Assembly (NCBI GenBank): GCA_034520945.1
Contig: JAXHNB010000009.1
Span: 128,001 to 192,000, forward strand
Direction of reading: 5' to 3'
DNA length: 64,000 bases
DNA from: Trueperaceae bacterium
Lineage (GTDB): Bacteria; Deinococcota; Deinococci; Deinococcales; Trueperaceae
Positions within the stretch are counted from its first letter, which is position 1, and every line of letters begins with the position of its first letter. Below the pieces are notes generated by a model. That model made no database searches and was not told the origin of the DNA. It was given only the letters and a program-made list of their open reading frames with translations. The position numbers and the translations under genes were made by a program. Of the stretch, positions 9,091 to 19,071 are shown piece after piece.

Positions 9091-9825
9091 GTGGACGCGC
9101 TCTGCCTCGCTGCCGGCCAGGGCACGCGCTTCGGGTCGCTGGGCCGCTATCTGCAGAAGTGCATGTACCCGGTCGGGCTGACGCCGTTCGTCGCCTACTC
9201 GGTCCACAACCTGTTGCGCAGCGGCGCGGTGCGGCCCGGTCGCGACCGCCTGACCCTGGTCATTGGCCATCACGGCGATCAGGTCCGCCGCTACTTCGGG
9301 GACGCCTACCACGGGCTCGCGGTCGCCTACCTCGACCAGGCCCGACCGGAGGGGACGGGGCACGCGCTGGCGCTGGCGCAGGAGGCGCTGCGCCCCGCCT
9401 CGTCGCTGTTGTGCTGGTTGGCGGACGCCTACGTCCCGGCCACGTCGTTCGCGCAGCTGGCAGCGCACCGCGCCGACACCGTCCTCACGCTTGCCCCCGA
9501 CCCCGCCGGGGAGAACCCGCGCGTCCGCACCGACGTACGCGACGGCCGCGTCGTGCGGGCCCTGCAGGGTCGCGGCCCGGGCGCCGACATGGGCGTCTGG
9601 AAGATGGCGCCGGACGTGATGCGCGACATGCGCGACCGCGGGGCCGACGGCGAAATCCGCATGTTGCCCAACCTGCAACGCATGATCGACGCCGGCCGCG
9701 AAGTCGGCTACGTCGAGGCGCGGGAGTGGCTCCATCTGGGCGGCACGGCGCCGACGCCCGAAGCCAACGTGCTGCGCGTGGTGGACCGCGTGCGCGCGTT
9801 GGAGGGGCTGGAGGGGCCGGCGTGA
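9091..9825 (+). CDS. Sugar-phosphate nucleotidyltransferase (HddC/RmlA-like)
   Basis: LAAGQGTRF, QKCMYPV and PEGTGHAL motifs. Confidence 0.8.
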   Translation: MDALCLAAGQGTRFGSLGRYLQKCMYPVGLTPFVAYSVHNLLRSGAVRPGRDRLTLVIGHHGDQVRRYFGDAYHGLAVAYLDQARPEGTGHALALAQEALRPASSLLCWLADAYVPATSFAQLAAHRADTVLTLAPDPAGENPRVRTDVRDGRVVRALQGRGPGADMGVWKMAPDVMRDMRDRGADGEIRMLPNLQRMIDAGREVGYVEAREWLHLGGTAPTPEANVLRVVDRVRALEGLEGPA

Positions 9826-10852
9826 TCGTCTCGCGTACGCCGCTGCGCGTTCCCCTCGCCGGCGGGCTGACGGACCTGGCGGCGTACGCGCAGCGGTTCG
9901 GCGGGGCGACGCTGAGCGCGACCATCGACAAGTACGTCTACGTCACCGTCAAGGACGACCTGGACGGAACGTTCGACGTGCGGTACCAGGACGCGCACGA
10001 GCGCGCGGCCCGCGCGGGTGCGCTGCGGCACGACCTGTTGCGCGAGGCGCTGCGGCTCACGGGCATGGACGAGCCCGGCCGCTGGACGTGGACTTCCGGG
10101 TGGACCTGGCCGGCGAGAGCGGCCTGGGTACCAGCGGCGCACTCAGCGTGGGCATCCTGCACGCGCTGGCGCGGTTGCGGGGCGCGACGGTGGATCCCTG
10201 GACGTTGCTGGCCGACGCGGCCCGGGTGGAGGTCGACATGCTGCAAGGCGCCAGCGGGTATCACGACCCGGCGATCTGCGCGCTGGGCGGTCTTCGGCAC
10301 CTCGCGTACGACGGCCGGGGCGGCGTGCGCGAGGTCCCGTTGCAGCTGGCGGAGGGCATGGGGGCGCGGCTGGACGAGGCGTTGCTGCTGTTCTACTCCG
10401 GCCATCACGCCCGCAGCAAACCGTCCCTCGACCTGCTCGGCAGCCACATGGACGAGGCCTTGCCCGTCCTGCACGAAATCCGCGCCTTGACGGACGAGCT
10501 GGCCACCGCCCTGGCGGACGGCGACCTGCCGCGCGTCGCCGGGGCCATCGGGACGCAGCAGCGCCTCAAGCAGCGCCTGCCCGGCCGCTTCGTGGACGAC
10601 TCCGTCGAAGACGTCGTCGCCCGGGTGCGCGCCACCGGCGCCGAAGCGCAACTGCCGGGCGGCAAGATCAGCGCGTTCGTGCTGGCGTGCTGTCCCGACG
10701 GACAACAGGACGCCGTGCGTGCCGCGCTGGCCGACCTGCGCGAGGTGCCGTTCTCGTTTCAGTCCGAAGGGACGCGCGCGATCGGGTTCGGAGGCGACGC
10801 GAAGCCCGCGGCACCGTTCACAGACCGGCCCGCTGCGGGCCCTCTAGACTGA
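9822..10852 (+). pseudogene. GHMP sugar kinase (HddA-like), split by a frameshift near 10070-10085 (possible sequencing error)
   Basis: VIVSRTPLRVPLAGGLTD...SATIDKYVYV in one frame continues as DLAGESGLGTSG...GYHDPAICALGG in another frame. Confidence 0.8.
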
Positions 10853-10856
10853 CGGC

Positions 10857-12743
10857 GTGGGCGACCGGGAGGGGTACGCGACAGCGCGCGACAGGGACGC
10901 GCGCAGCCTGTTCGAGGACCATCCCCTGCCGATGTGGGTCTTCGACCCGGCCGACCTGCGCATCCTGGACGTGAACCGGACGGCGCAGGACCTCTACGGC
11001 TACGACCGCGACACCTTCCTGACCCTGACGCTGCTGGACCTGCGGCCCCAGGAGGACCGCGCGTCGTTCGCCGCCTCCATGCAAGCGGGCCGCAGCGGCA
11101 GCGTGCGGCGTGAGCAGGTGCGCCACCTGACCCGCGACGGCCGGGTGCTGGAGGTGGAGGTCGACGGTCAGGACACCACGTTCGACGGCCGTCCGGCCCG
11201 GTTGGTGGTCGTCCAGGACGTGAGCGACCGACGCGCCGCCGAGCGGGCGCGCGACCGGGAGGTCGCCCGCGTCCAGGCGCTGCTCGAGAACGCCCACGAG
11301 GTCGCCACCGTGATCGACGCCGACTGGCGGGTCACCTACGTGACGCCAGGCGCGCGGCGCATCCTGGGGTACGACGCGTCGGCGTGGCTGGGGCGCAACC
11401 GCGACGACCTGCTGCCCGAAGAGAGCCTTCGTGTCGTGCACGACACCCTGCGACGACTGAAAGACAGACCCGGCGCGTCGGAGACGATCCGCTACCGCCA
11501 CCACCGCGCCGACGGCACCGAGCTGTGGCTCGAGAACACCGTCACCAACCTGCTTCACCACCCCTCGGTCGAGGGCTACGTCTTCAACTGGCGCGACGTG
11601 AGCCGCGACGTGGCGGCCGACGAGGAAGAGGCCCGCACGCGGGCACGGATCGAATCGCTGAACCGCACGCTCTCGCGTTCGGTGGAGGCGTACCGCCTGC
11701 TGGCGTCGTTCGGCGCCGAAATCGAGTCGCTGCACGACGTGGACACGCTGCTATCGACCGGCCTGGCGCGCCTCACGGAACTGCTGGGCACGGACATGGC
11801 CGGCTTCTACGAGGTCCACGACGACCAGGTCCAGTTGGCCCGGACGCACGGCGACATCCCGGAGCGGTTGCAGGCCCGGATCTTCGAACCGCAATCCCCG
11901 GACGTCGGGCTGATCGGCGAGGTCGTCACGAGCGGTCGCACCGCCTTCGTACGGGGCTACGACGATGCGCCCCACGGCCTTCCCGAGATCCGCGGCCTGG
12001 GGGTCGGCACCCACCTGGCGGTACCGGTGCTGGTGGACGACGTCGTGCGCTACGTGGTGAGCCTCTCCACCTTGCACCGCGAGGTGGAGCTGCGCGACGA
12101 GTCGATCCAGGTGGCGGAGTCGTTCGTGCGGCGCCTGGAGAACGCGCTGCACCGCGTGCGCTACCTGGACGAGGTCGCCGCCACCCGCGAAGCGACCTTT
12201 CGCGCCTTCGGTCTGGCGTTGGAGGCGCGCGACTTCGAGACCGGCGGGCATACCGACCGCGTGGTCGCGCTGGCGGAACGGTTCGCCCGGCGCATGGGCC
12301 TGGGCGATGCGGAGGTTCGCGGGGTGCGGTGGGGCGCCTACCTCCACGACGTCGGCAAAGTGGCCATGCCGGACGCCATCCTGCTGAAGCCCGGCCCCCT
12401 GAGCGAACGGGAGTTCGAGGTGATCCGCACGCACGCCGTGCTCGGGTGGGAGATGATCCGCGACGTACCGTTCCTCCCGCCTTCGGCGCGGGCGCTGGTG
12501 CGTCACCACCATGAACGTTGGGACGGCGCGGGCTACCCGGACGGCCTGGCGGGTGAAGCGATCCCGTTGGCGGCCCGCATGTTCGCGCTGGTCGACGTGT
12601 TCGACGCGCTGACGCACGCACGGCCGTACAAGGGCGCCTGGCCGCCCGAGCGGGCCGCCCGGCACCTGTCCGCCTCCGCCGGTCGGCATTTCGATCCGAC
12701 CCTGGTGCCGGTGTTCCTCGACCTGGTGGGGTTGGAGGGTTGA
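10857..12743 (+). CDS. PAS-PAS-GAF-HD-GYP cyclic-dinucleotide phosphodiesterase
   Basis: Two PAS folds and a GAF domain; ETGGHTDRV, LHDVGK, HHERWDGAGYPDGL. Confidence 0.92.
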   Translation: MGDREGYATARDRDARSLFEDHPLPMWVFDPADLRILDVNRTAQDLYGYDRDTFLTLTLLDLRPQEDRASFAASMQAGRSGSVRREQVRHLTRDGRVLEVEVDGQDTTFDGRPARLVVVQDVSDRRAAERARDREVARVQALLENAHEVATVIDADWRVTYVTPGARRILGYDASAWLGRNRDDLLPEESLRVVHDTLRRLKDRPGASETIRYRHHRADGTELWLENTVTNLLHHPSVEGYVFNWRDVSRDVAADEEEARTRARIESLNRTLSRSVEAYRLLASFGAEIESLHDVDTLLSTGLARLTELLGTDMAGFYEVHDDQVQLARTHGDIPERLQARIFEPQSPDVGLIGEVVTSGRTAFVRGYDDAPHGLPEIRGLGVGTHLAVPVLVDDVVRYVVSLSTLHREVELRDESIQVAESFVRRLENALHRVRYLDEVAATREATFRAFGLALEARDFETGGHTDRVVALAERFARRMGLGDAEVRGVRWGAYLHDVGKVAMPDAILLKPGPLSEREFEVIRTHAVLGWEMIRDVPFLPPSARALVRHHHERWDGAGYPDGLAGEAIPLAARMFALVDVFDALTHARPYKGAWPPERAARHLSASAGRHFDPTLVPVFLDLVGLEG

Positions 12744-12759
12744 GCGCGCCGACGCGGCT

Positions 12760-14382
12760 TCAGTCGCCCGCGACGGTGCGGTCGCGTCCGCCGCTCTTGG
12801 CGCGGTAGAGGCGGCGGTCCGCCACCCGAAGCAGATCGGCGGGATCGTCGACCTCGCCCGATGCGACCGCGCCGACGCTGGCGCTGACATTCAGTCCGGG
12901 CGCCAGGTCCGACCAGGGCGCGCCGCTCAGGGCGCGCCGAACCCGCGCCAGCGAATGCGTCGCGTCCGCCAGTGAGGCGTCCGGCAGCAACAGGGCGAAC
13001 TCCTCGCCCCCCCACCGCGCCGCCACGTCCGAGGCGCGCAGGTTGCCAACCAGGAGGGCGGCCACCCTCGCCAGCACCCGGTCCCCGACCTCGTGACTGT
13101 GGACGTCGTTGACCTCCTTGAACCGGTCCAGGTCCAGCAAGGCCAGCACGAACGGACGGCCGTGCCGCTGGGCGTTGGCGACCTCCTGACGCAGGCGCTG
13201 GTCCAACGCCCGCCGGTTGGCCAGGCCTGTGAGTTGGTCGGTGACGCTGAGCTCCTCCAGGCGGCGGGCCTGCAGTCGGAGGTCGGCGTTGGCGCGCTCC
13301 AACTCCACCGAGCGCATGCGCGCCACCTCGTGATCGCCGTGCAAGCCCAGCTCCAGCTCCAGCAGACGCACCCGCACCGCCGCGTCGGCCGCGCGACCGC
13401 GCAGGCGACGGTCGAGCGCCACGTGGCGGCGCAACGTCGTCAGGGCGTCGGTGGTGCGCCCCACCGCCTCGTACGCCCGAGAAAGCGGCTCCAGCGCGTC
13501 GAAACGCTCGAACGCGTCGTTGGCCGCGTCCTCGCCCGCGAGCACCTCGAGGTGGGTCAGCGCCTCGTCCAACGTGCCGTGCTCCAGGGCCCATACGCCG
13601 TACCAGAACCGCGTGTCGCGGGCGTAGTGCGTTCCGTGACCCGCCTCGTGAAGCGCCATGGCACGCTCGAACGCCTGCTTGGCCCGTTCGTCGGCGCCCG
13701 CCATGCCGTGCGCGCGCCCCAGCTTGGCCCAGGTCGCGGCCACGTGATCCAAGCGGTCCAGGCGCTCGAACGCCTCCAAGGCACCATCCAACGCCGGAAT
13801 CGCCAAGGCGGGGCGATTCGCGAGGCCGTGCGCGCGACCGACGTTGGCCCGCGCCAGCGTGGCGTTGGCCTCGTCCCCCACCTCTTCGAAGCGGTGAGTC
13901 GCCCGGTCGAACATGGCGACCGCCTCGTCGTACCGCTCCAACTGCAGGTAGACGTTGCCGAGGTTGTTGAGCGGCCCGCCCTCGGCCGGAAGCCCGGCAC
14001 GTTCGCTCTCCTGCAACGCCTGCCACAGGTGCTCCAAGGCGTACTCGTGCAGGCCGTCCACACCGAAGGTGACGGCCAGGTCGTTGTGCGCGCTGGCGCG
14101 CGCTTCGGACCCGAGCTCGTCCGTGGCGATGCGTAACGCCTCGTAGCCGTGCCGGCGCGCCTCGTCCAGGCGGCCGAGGTAGAACGCCGCCTGCAGCGCC
14201 AGCCGGTGCGCCTCGCGTTGCTGGGTCGGATCATCGAGGGACGTCGCCACGACAGCGGCGCGCTCCAGGGCAGCCTCGTACGCGTGGGCGTCGAAGTCTT
14301 CGCGCGCCTGCAGCAACGGGTCACCTGCGTGCGTGGACGCGGGGGTGGCGTCCGCATATGTCACGTAGAGAGGATACGCCAT
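12760..14382 (-). CDS. TPR-repeat diguanylate cyclase (GGEEF); start uncertain
   Basis: TPR-like repeats (LNNLGNVYLQLERYDEA); TDQLTGLANRR, FKEVNDVHSHEVGD, RWGGEEF. Confidence 0.88.
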   Translation of the reverse strand: MAYPLYVTYADATPASTHAGDPLLQAREDFDAHAYEAALERAAVVATSLDDPTQQREAHRLALQAAFYLGRLDEARRHGYEALRIATDELGSEARASAHNDLAVTFGVDGLHEYALEHLWQALQESERAGLPAEGGPLNNLGNVYLQLERYDEAVAMFDRATHRFEEVGDEANATLARANVGRAHGLANRPALAIPALDGALEAFERLDRLDHVAATWAKLGRAHGMAGADERAKQAFERAMALHEAGHGTHYARDTRFWYGVWALEHGTLDEALTHLEVLAGEDAANDAFERFDALEPLSRAYEAVGRTTDALTTLRRHVALDRRLRGRAADAAVRVRLLELELGLHGDHEVARMRSVELERANADLRLQARRLEELSVTDQLTGLANRRALDQRLRQEVANAQRHGRPFVLALLDLDRFKEVNDVHSHEVGDRVLARVAALLVGNLRASDVAARWGGEEFALLLPDASLADATHSLARVRRALSGAPWSDLAPGLNVSASVGAVASGEVDDPADLLRVADRRLYRAKSGGRDRTVAGD

Positions 14383-14426
14383 ACAGCGTCGACTGCGCGT
14401 CGCGGACGCCATCCCCACGCGCCGCG

Positions 14427-14819
14427 TCAAGATCCTCCGGTCAGGCGGAGCGCCAACGCGCGCCCCAACAGGATGGCGCCGTACCCGAGCATCAGGTTGC
14501 CTGCGACCGACAGGGCCGCCATGCCCCCGAAGCCGTCGCGAAGCAACAGATCGCTTTCCAGCTCGAAGGTGGAGAACGTCGTCAGCGCCCCCAGGAACCC
14601 CGTTCCCAAGGCCAAGCGTGCCGTGGGGGACAGTGTGCCGTGGAGGCCGAACCAGGCCAGAAACGAGAGCAGGAACGATCCCGCCACGTTGACGAGCAGC
14701 GTCGCCAGGGGGAACCGTGCCCATGCCGTTCCGGCCAGCGCCCCCTGCGCGCCCAGGGCCACCAGGTACCGGGCCAGCGAGCCGAGCGCGCCCCCGACCA
14801 TTACGAGAAGTACGGCCAT
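14427..14819 (-). CDS. crcB: Fluoride efflux channel CrcB/Fluc
   Basis: GGALGSLARY, FPLATLLVNVAGSF, GFLGALTTFSTF; AGGAGG RBS. Confidence 0.95.
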   Translation of the reverse strand: MAVLLVMVGGALGSLARYLVALGAQGALAGTAWARFPLATLLVNVAGSFLLSFLAWFGLHGTLSPTARLALGTGFLGALTTFSTFELESDLLLRDGFGGMAALSVAGNLMLGYGAILLGRALALRLTGGS

Positions 14820-14847
14820 ACGACCTCCTGGTGCTCGAAGGTTCGTG

Positions 14848-14898
14848 GTAGGCGTCATCAGCCGAGCACGGGCGGTCCAGAGGCGAACGCCATCGCCC
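14848..14898 (-). ncRNA. Fluoride riboswitch (crcB motif)
   Basis: Minus strand reads GGCGATGGCGTTCGCC...ACCGC...GCTGATGACGCCTAC, matching the fluoride aptamer consensus, directly upstream of crcB. Confidence 0.93.
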
Positions 14899-15037
14899 TT
14901 CGCGCTGGAACCGTAGCATGCGCGTTCATCATCCGCGCGGGTCCTCGCCCGCCCCGCGCCGGTCCGGTATGTTCGTGGGGCGATCGTGGGCGCCCTTCGC
15001 CCCTGGACCCTGAACATCCCTCGCGTTTGGAGGCGTC

Positions 15038-16504
15038 ATGACCACCCCCCAAGCCGGTTCCGGACCCGTGCGCATCGCCGTCGCGCACGGCGACGGCATC
15101 GGACCCGAGATCGCGCACGCCACCCTGCAGATCCTGGAGGCGGCCGGCGCGGCGTTGGACGTGGCCGAGGTCCGCATCGGCAAGGCCGTGTACGAAGAAG
15201 GCGTGCCCGGTGGGGTCGATCCCGCCGCCTGGGAGGTGCTGCACGATCGCGGCGTCCTCCTCAAGGGGCCCATCACCACCCCCCGCGGCGGCGGGTACAA
15301 GAGCGTGAACGTGATGCTCCGCGGCAGTCTCGGGCTATTCGCCAACGTCCGGCCGGCCGTGGCCTACCACCCCTTCATCGCCACCCGGCACCCCGCGATG
15401 GACGTCCTGGTGGTCCGCGAGAACGAAGAGGACCTCTACACCGGCATCGAGCACCGCCAGAGCAGCGAGGTGGTGCAGACGCTCAAGCTGGTGTCGCGGC
15501 CCGGGTCCGAGCGGCTGATCCGCTACGCCTTCGAGATCGCCCGCGCGCAGGGCCGCACGCACGTGACCGCCATGATCAAAGACAACATCATGAAGATGAC
15601 CGACGGCCTGTTCGCGCGCGTGTTCGACGAGGTCGCCCCCGAGTACGAGGAGATCGAAGCCGACCAGATGATCATCGACATCGGCGCGGCACGCCTGGCG
15701 CACACGCCGGAGGCGTTCGACGTCGTCGTCACGCCGAACCTGTACGGCGACATCCTCAGCGACATGACCGCCCAGCTCACCGGTTCCGTGGGGCTGGCCC
15801 CCTCGGCCAACGTGGGCGAGCACGCCGCCATGTTCGAGGCGATTCACGGCTCTGCGCCCGACATCGCCGGCCGTGGCATCGCCAACCCCAGCGGCATGCT
15901 GTTGGCGGGCGTGATGATGCTGCAGCACCTCGGCCTGAGCGAGGTGGCGGAACGCGTGCACAATGCCTGGCTCACCACCATCGAGGACGGCGTGCACACC
16001 GGCGACGTGTACCAGAGCGACCTCAGCACGGACCGCGTCAACACGGTCGGGTTCACCGAGGCCGTCATCGACCGCCTGGGCCGGGAGCCGCGCCGGCTGG
16101 CCCCCGCCCGCTACGCCGGCCGGCCGACCCCCGTCATGCCGCACGCCACCCCCAGGCCGGCGGCGAACAAATCGCTGCAGGGGGTCGACGCGTTCGTCGA
16201 CTGGCGCGCGTCCGACCGCGATCCCGAGGTCCTCGCGGACCTCCTGCGCAGCCACGCGGGCCCGTTCACGCTTCGCGCCGTGACCAACCGGGGCCTCAAG
16301 GTCTGGCCCGACGCGCCGCCCCACGCCTTCGTGACCGACCACTGGCGCGCCCGTTTCGTCACCCCCGACGGCAGCTCCGTGCCGGCGGGCGAGGTCACGG
16401 CGTTGCTGACGCGACTGGTGGATGCCGGGCTGGACGTGATCAAAACGGAAAACCTGTACGCGTTCGACGGCGCGCCGGGCTACTCGGAGATCCCCGGCAT
16501 GTAG
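15038..16504 (+). CDS. icd: Isocitrate dehydrogenase (NADP), Thermus/Rickettsia-type with C-terminal extension
   Basis: GDGIGPEI, LKGPITTP, VRENEEDLY, KDNIMK, NLYGDILSD, FEAIHGSAPDIAG. Confidence 0.93.
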   Translation: MTTPQAGSGPVRIAVAHGDGIGPEIAHATLQILEAAGAALDVAEVRIGKAVYEEGVPGGVDPAAWEVLHDRGVLLKGPITTPRGGGYKSVNVMLRGSLGLFANVRPAVAYHPFIATRHPAMDVLVVRENEEDLYTGIEHRQSSEVVQTLKLVSRPGSERLIRYAFEIARAQGRTHVTAMIKDNIMKMTDGLFARVFDEVAPEYEEIEADQMIIDIGAARLAHTPEAFDVVVTPNLYGDILSDMTAQLTGSVGLAPSANVGEHAAMFEAIHGSAPDIAGRGIANPSGMLLAGVMMLQHLGLSEVAERVHNAWLTTIEDGVHTGDVYQSDLSTDRVNTVGFTEAVIDRLGREPRRLAPARYAGRPTPVMPHATPRPAANKSLQGVDAFVDWRASDRDPEVLADLLRSHAGPFTLRAVTNRGLKVWPDAPPHAFVTDHWRARFVTPDGSSVPAGEVTALLTRLVDAGLDVIKTENLYAFDGAPGYSEIPGM

Positions 16505-16536
16505 GGCGCGGGGGCACGGCGCGTCGCCGCACCCGT

Positions 16537-16584
16537 TTGACGCGTCCTCGCCCTCGCCCGTACATTGGTTTAGGCATGACGAAA
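16537..16584 (+). promoter_or_regulatory. Promoter with candidate MntR/DtxR operator over the start codon
   Basis: TTGACG-18nt-TACATT; imperfect palindrome TTTAGGCATGACGAAA (16569-16584). Confidence 0.55.
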
Positions 16585-17253
16585 CGCGACCCCGCACCCC
16601 CCGTCAGCGACGCGGCAGGCGACTACCTCAAAGCCGTCCTCCGGCTGAGCCGCGACGGGCCCGCCAGCACCAACGCCATCGCCCAGCACCTCGGCTTCAC
16701 GCCTGCCTCGGTGTCCGGGATGCTGGCCCGGCTGGCCGCCGCCGACCTGATCGACCACCGCCCCTACCGCGGCGCGACCCTGACCGAGCGAGGCCGCCGT
16801 GAAGCACTGCGGCTGATGCGCCGCCACCGCCTGGTCGAAACGTTCATGATCCAGCACCTCGGCTACGGCTGGGAGGAGGTTCACCACGAGGCCGAAGCGA
16901 TCGAGCACGCCATCAGCGACCGCTTCGCGGAGCGCCTAGACGCGCTGCTGGGGCATCCCAGCCACGATCCGCACGGCGACCCCATCCCCCGCCCGGACGG
17001 CACCGTGCCCGACACGCCCGACGTTCCCCTCCACGACGTCGAGGAGGGCCGCGAACTCCATGTCGCGCGCCTCCTCAGCCAGGACCGCGAACTCCTCGCC
17101 CACCTGGCCGAACTGGGGATCGCCCCCGGCGCACGGGTCCGCGTCGTGGCCCGCGAACCGCGGGGCGGCATGCTTCGCGTTCAGGTGGGCGGACTCGATC
17201 ACGCCCTGTCCCGGGACCTGGCGGCCATGGTCCGCGGGGCGGATGGTCCGTGA
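16576..17253 (+). CDS. mntR: DtxR/MntR family metal-dependent repressor with FeoA domain
   Basis: DYLKAVLRL, RRHRLVETF, VHHEAEAIEHAIS, DPHGDPIP; FeoA-like LGIAPGARV. Confidence 0.9.
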   Translation: MTKRDPAPPVSDAAGDYLKAVLRLSRDGPASTNAIAQHLGFTPASVSGMLARLAAADLIDHRPYRGATLTERGRREALRLMRRHRLVETFMIQHLGYGWEEVHHEAEAIEHAISDRFAERLDALLGHPSHDPHGDPIPRPDGTVPDTPDVPLHDVEEGRELHVARLLSQDRELLAHLAELGIAPGARVRVVAREPRGGMLRVQVGGLDHALSRDLAAMVRGADGP

Positions 17254-18056
17254 CCGGCCTGGAGGCGTGGGTCGTCGCGACCTTCGGCGAGCATCCGGTC
17301 CTGCTGGGGCTTCTGGCCGGCATCGTGATCGCGACCATGAACCTGGTGGGGGCGTTGGCGATCGTTCCCTGGCGCGACCCCAGCGCCCGTCAGCTGGACG
17401 GAGCGCTCGGCTTCGCCGCGGGCGTCATGATCTCGGCCAGCTTCACCAGCCTGATCCTGCCCGGCATCGAAACCGGTGGGCTGTGGCCGGTGGTGGGCGG
17501 CCTGGCGTTGGGGGTCCTGGCGCTGGACCGGGCCGACGCCTGGGTGCCGCACGTGCACGTGCTGGTGACCGGTCGGCGCCGCGCCGACGCCGCCGAGGGG
17601 GGCAGCGGCGCGGTCACCTCCGTGATCCTGTTCATCGTTGCGATCACGCTGCACAACATGCCCGAGGGCCTGGCCGTCGGCGTCGGCTTCGGCTCGGGAC
17701 ACGTCCGCGACGGCCTGACGCTGATGACCGCCATCGGGCTGCAGAACGTTCCCGAGGGACTCGCCGTGGCGGTCGCGGCCCGCAACGCCGGCATGGGCGG
17801 CTTGTGGTACGCCGCCTTCGTCGGGGCTCGCGCCGGGGCGGTCGAGATTCCCCTGGCCGTGTTGGGCGCCTGGGCCGTGACCTTCGCCGCGCCTTTGCTT
17901 CCCTGGGCGATGGGCTTCGCGGCGGGCGGCATGCTGTACGTGATCAGCGACGAGATCATCCCCGAAACGCACGGGCGCGGGCACGAACGCGTGGCCACGC
18001 TGGGAACGATGCTGGGGCTCGTGGTGATGCTGGTGCTGGACGTGACGTTGGCGTGA
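17250..18056 (+). CDS. ZIP family metal transporter (GufA/ZupT-like)
   Basis: GFAAGVM, ITLHNMPEGLAVG, QNVPEG, EIIPETH. Confidence 0.92.
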   Translation: MTGLEAWVVATFGEHPVLLGLLAGIVIATMNLVGALAIVPWRDPSARQLDGALGFAAGVMISASFTSLILPGIETGGLWPVVGGLALGVLALDRADAWVPHVHVLVTGRRRADAAEGGSGAVTSVILFIVAITLHNMPEGLAVGVGFGSGHVRDGLTLMTAIGLQNVPEGLAVAVAARNAGMGGLWYAAFVGARAGAVEIPLAVLGAWAVTFAAPLLPWAMGFAAGGMLYVISDEIIPETHGRGHERVATLGTMLGLVVMLVLDVTLA

Positions 18057-18129
18057 GGGGCGACGCGCCTTGCCGCCCACCGTCGCGTATCCGACCGACA
18101 CGGGGGCACCGACCCGTCACCATCGAGGC

Positions 18130-18990
18130 ATGATCGTTTTGCACGAGCCATCTCCCGCGCCACGACGCACCGCGCGTGTGGCGCGCCGTCCCCGACGCGT
18201 CCCCGCGCTGCTCTTCGCCACGATGTCGACCGTCGCCCTCTGGGCCGCCGGCTGGGCCACCGCCCAAGACATGCCCGAGGTACATGCCTTGGAGCCCTTC
18301 GTGGAGGGCGAGATCGAGATCGGCACCCTGCAGTCCACCCACGCCGTGCTGCCGTTCACGACCACCCTCGACCTGGCCTGCGTGCTGGTGTTCGGAACCG
18401 ACGATTCGTTCGGGCGGCTCGCCTTGGATCAAAACATGGGCGGCGCCGCGCACCGCGACCACCGCATCGTTCTAAGCGACCTGGAGCCGGACACCCGCTA
18501 CCGCTTCCGGTTGCAGGGCAGCGCGCCGGACGGGCGCCTGTTCGCCTCGCGAACCTATTCGTTCCGCACCCCCGTCGCGGAGACGTCGGACCGTTTCGGG
18601 CCTCGCCTCGAGGATCTCCGCGTGGAAGGCGTCAGCAGCCAGTACTCGGACGCCTTCGCGGCCGCTAACGCCGTCGACGGCGACGGCGCCAGCGAGTGGT
18701 CCTCCGCCGGCGACGGCAATGAAGCCTGGATCGAACTGGCGCTTCCCGGCGCCACCGAACTGTCGGGCGTAGGGGTGTGGACCCGGACCATGAGCGCCAG
18801 CGCCCGCATCGAGCGATTCGAGATCCGCACGGACGACGGACGGCGCTTCGGTCCCTTCGAGCTTCCGAACGCCGACGGTCTGCACCGCTTCGAGGTGCCG
18901 GCCACCGCGTCGTCGCTGCGTTTGGAAGTCCTGTCCTCCACCGGCGGCAACACCGGCTTGGTGGAGTTCGAGGCGTACGCCGCGCCATAG
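18130..18990 (+). CDS. Secreted FN3-like plus discoidin (F5/8 type C) domain protein
   Basis: Signal peptide; LSDLEPDTRYRFRL (FN3-like); AANAVDGDGASEWSS...AWIEL (discoidin). Confidence 0.7.
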   Translation: MIVLHEPSPAPRRTARVARRPRRVPALLFATMSTVALWAAGWATAQDMPEVHALEPFVEGEIEIGTLQSTHAVLPFTTTLDLACVLVFGTDDSFGRLALDQNMGGAAHRDHRIVLSDLEPDTRYRFRLQGSAPDGRLFASRTYSFRTPVAETSDRFGPRLEDLRVEGVSSQYSDAFAAANAVDGDGASEWSSAGDGNEAWIELALPGATELSGVGVWTRTMSASARIERFEIRTDDGRRFGPFELPNADGLHRFEVPATASSLRLEVLSSTGGNTGLVEFEAYAAP

Positions 18991-19071
18991 GCCGCCGACG
19001 CCCGCCTGCCGCAGGCACGACGCGTGGCCGGTGACGCCCTTCGGCGGAGCGGCCGGGCGTACGCTCTCCCC

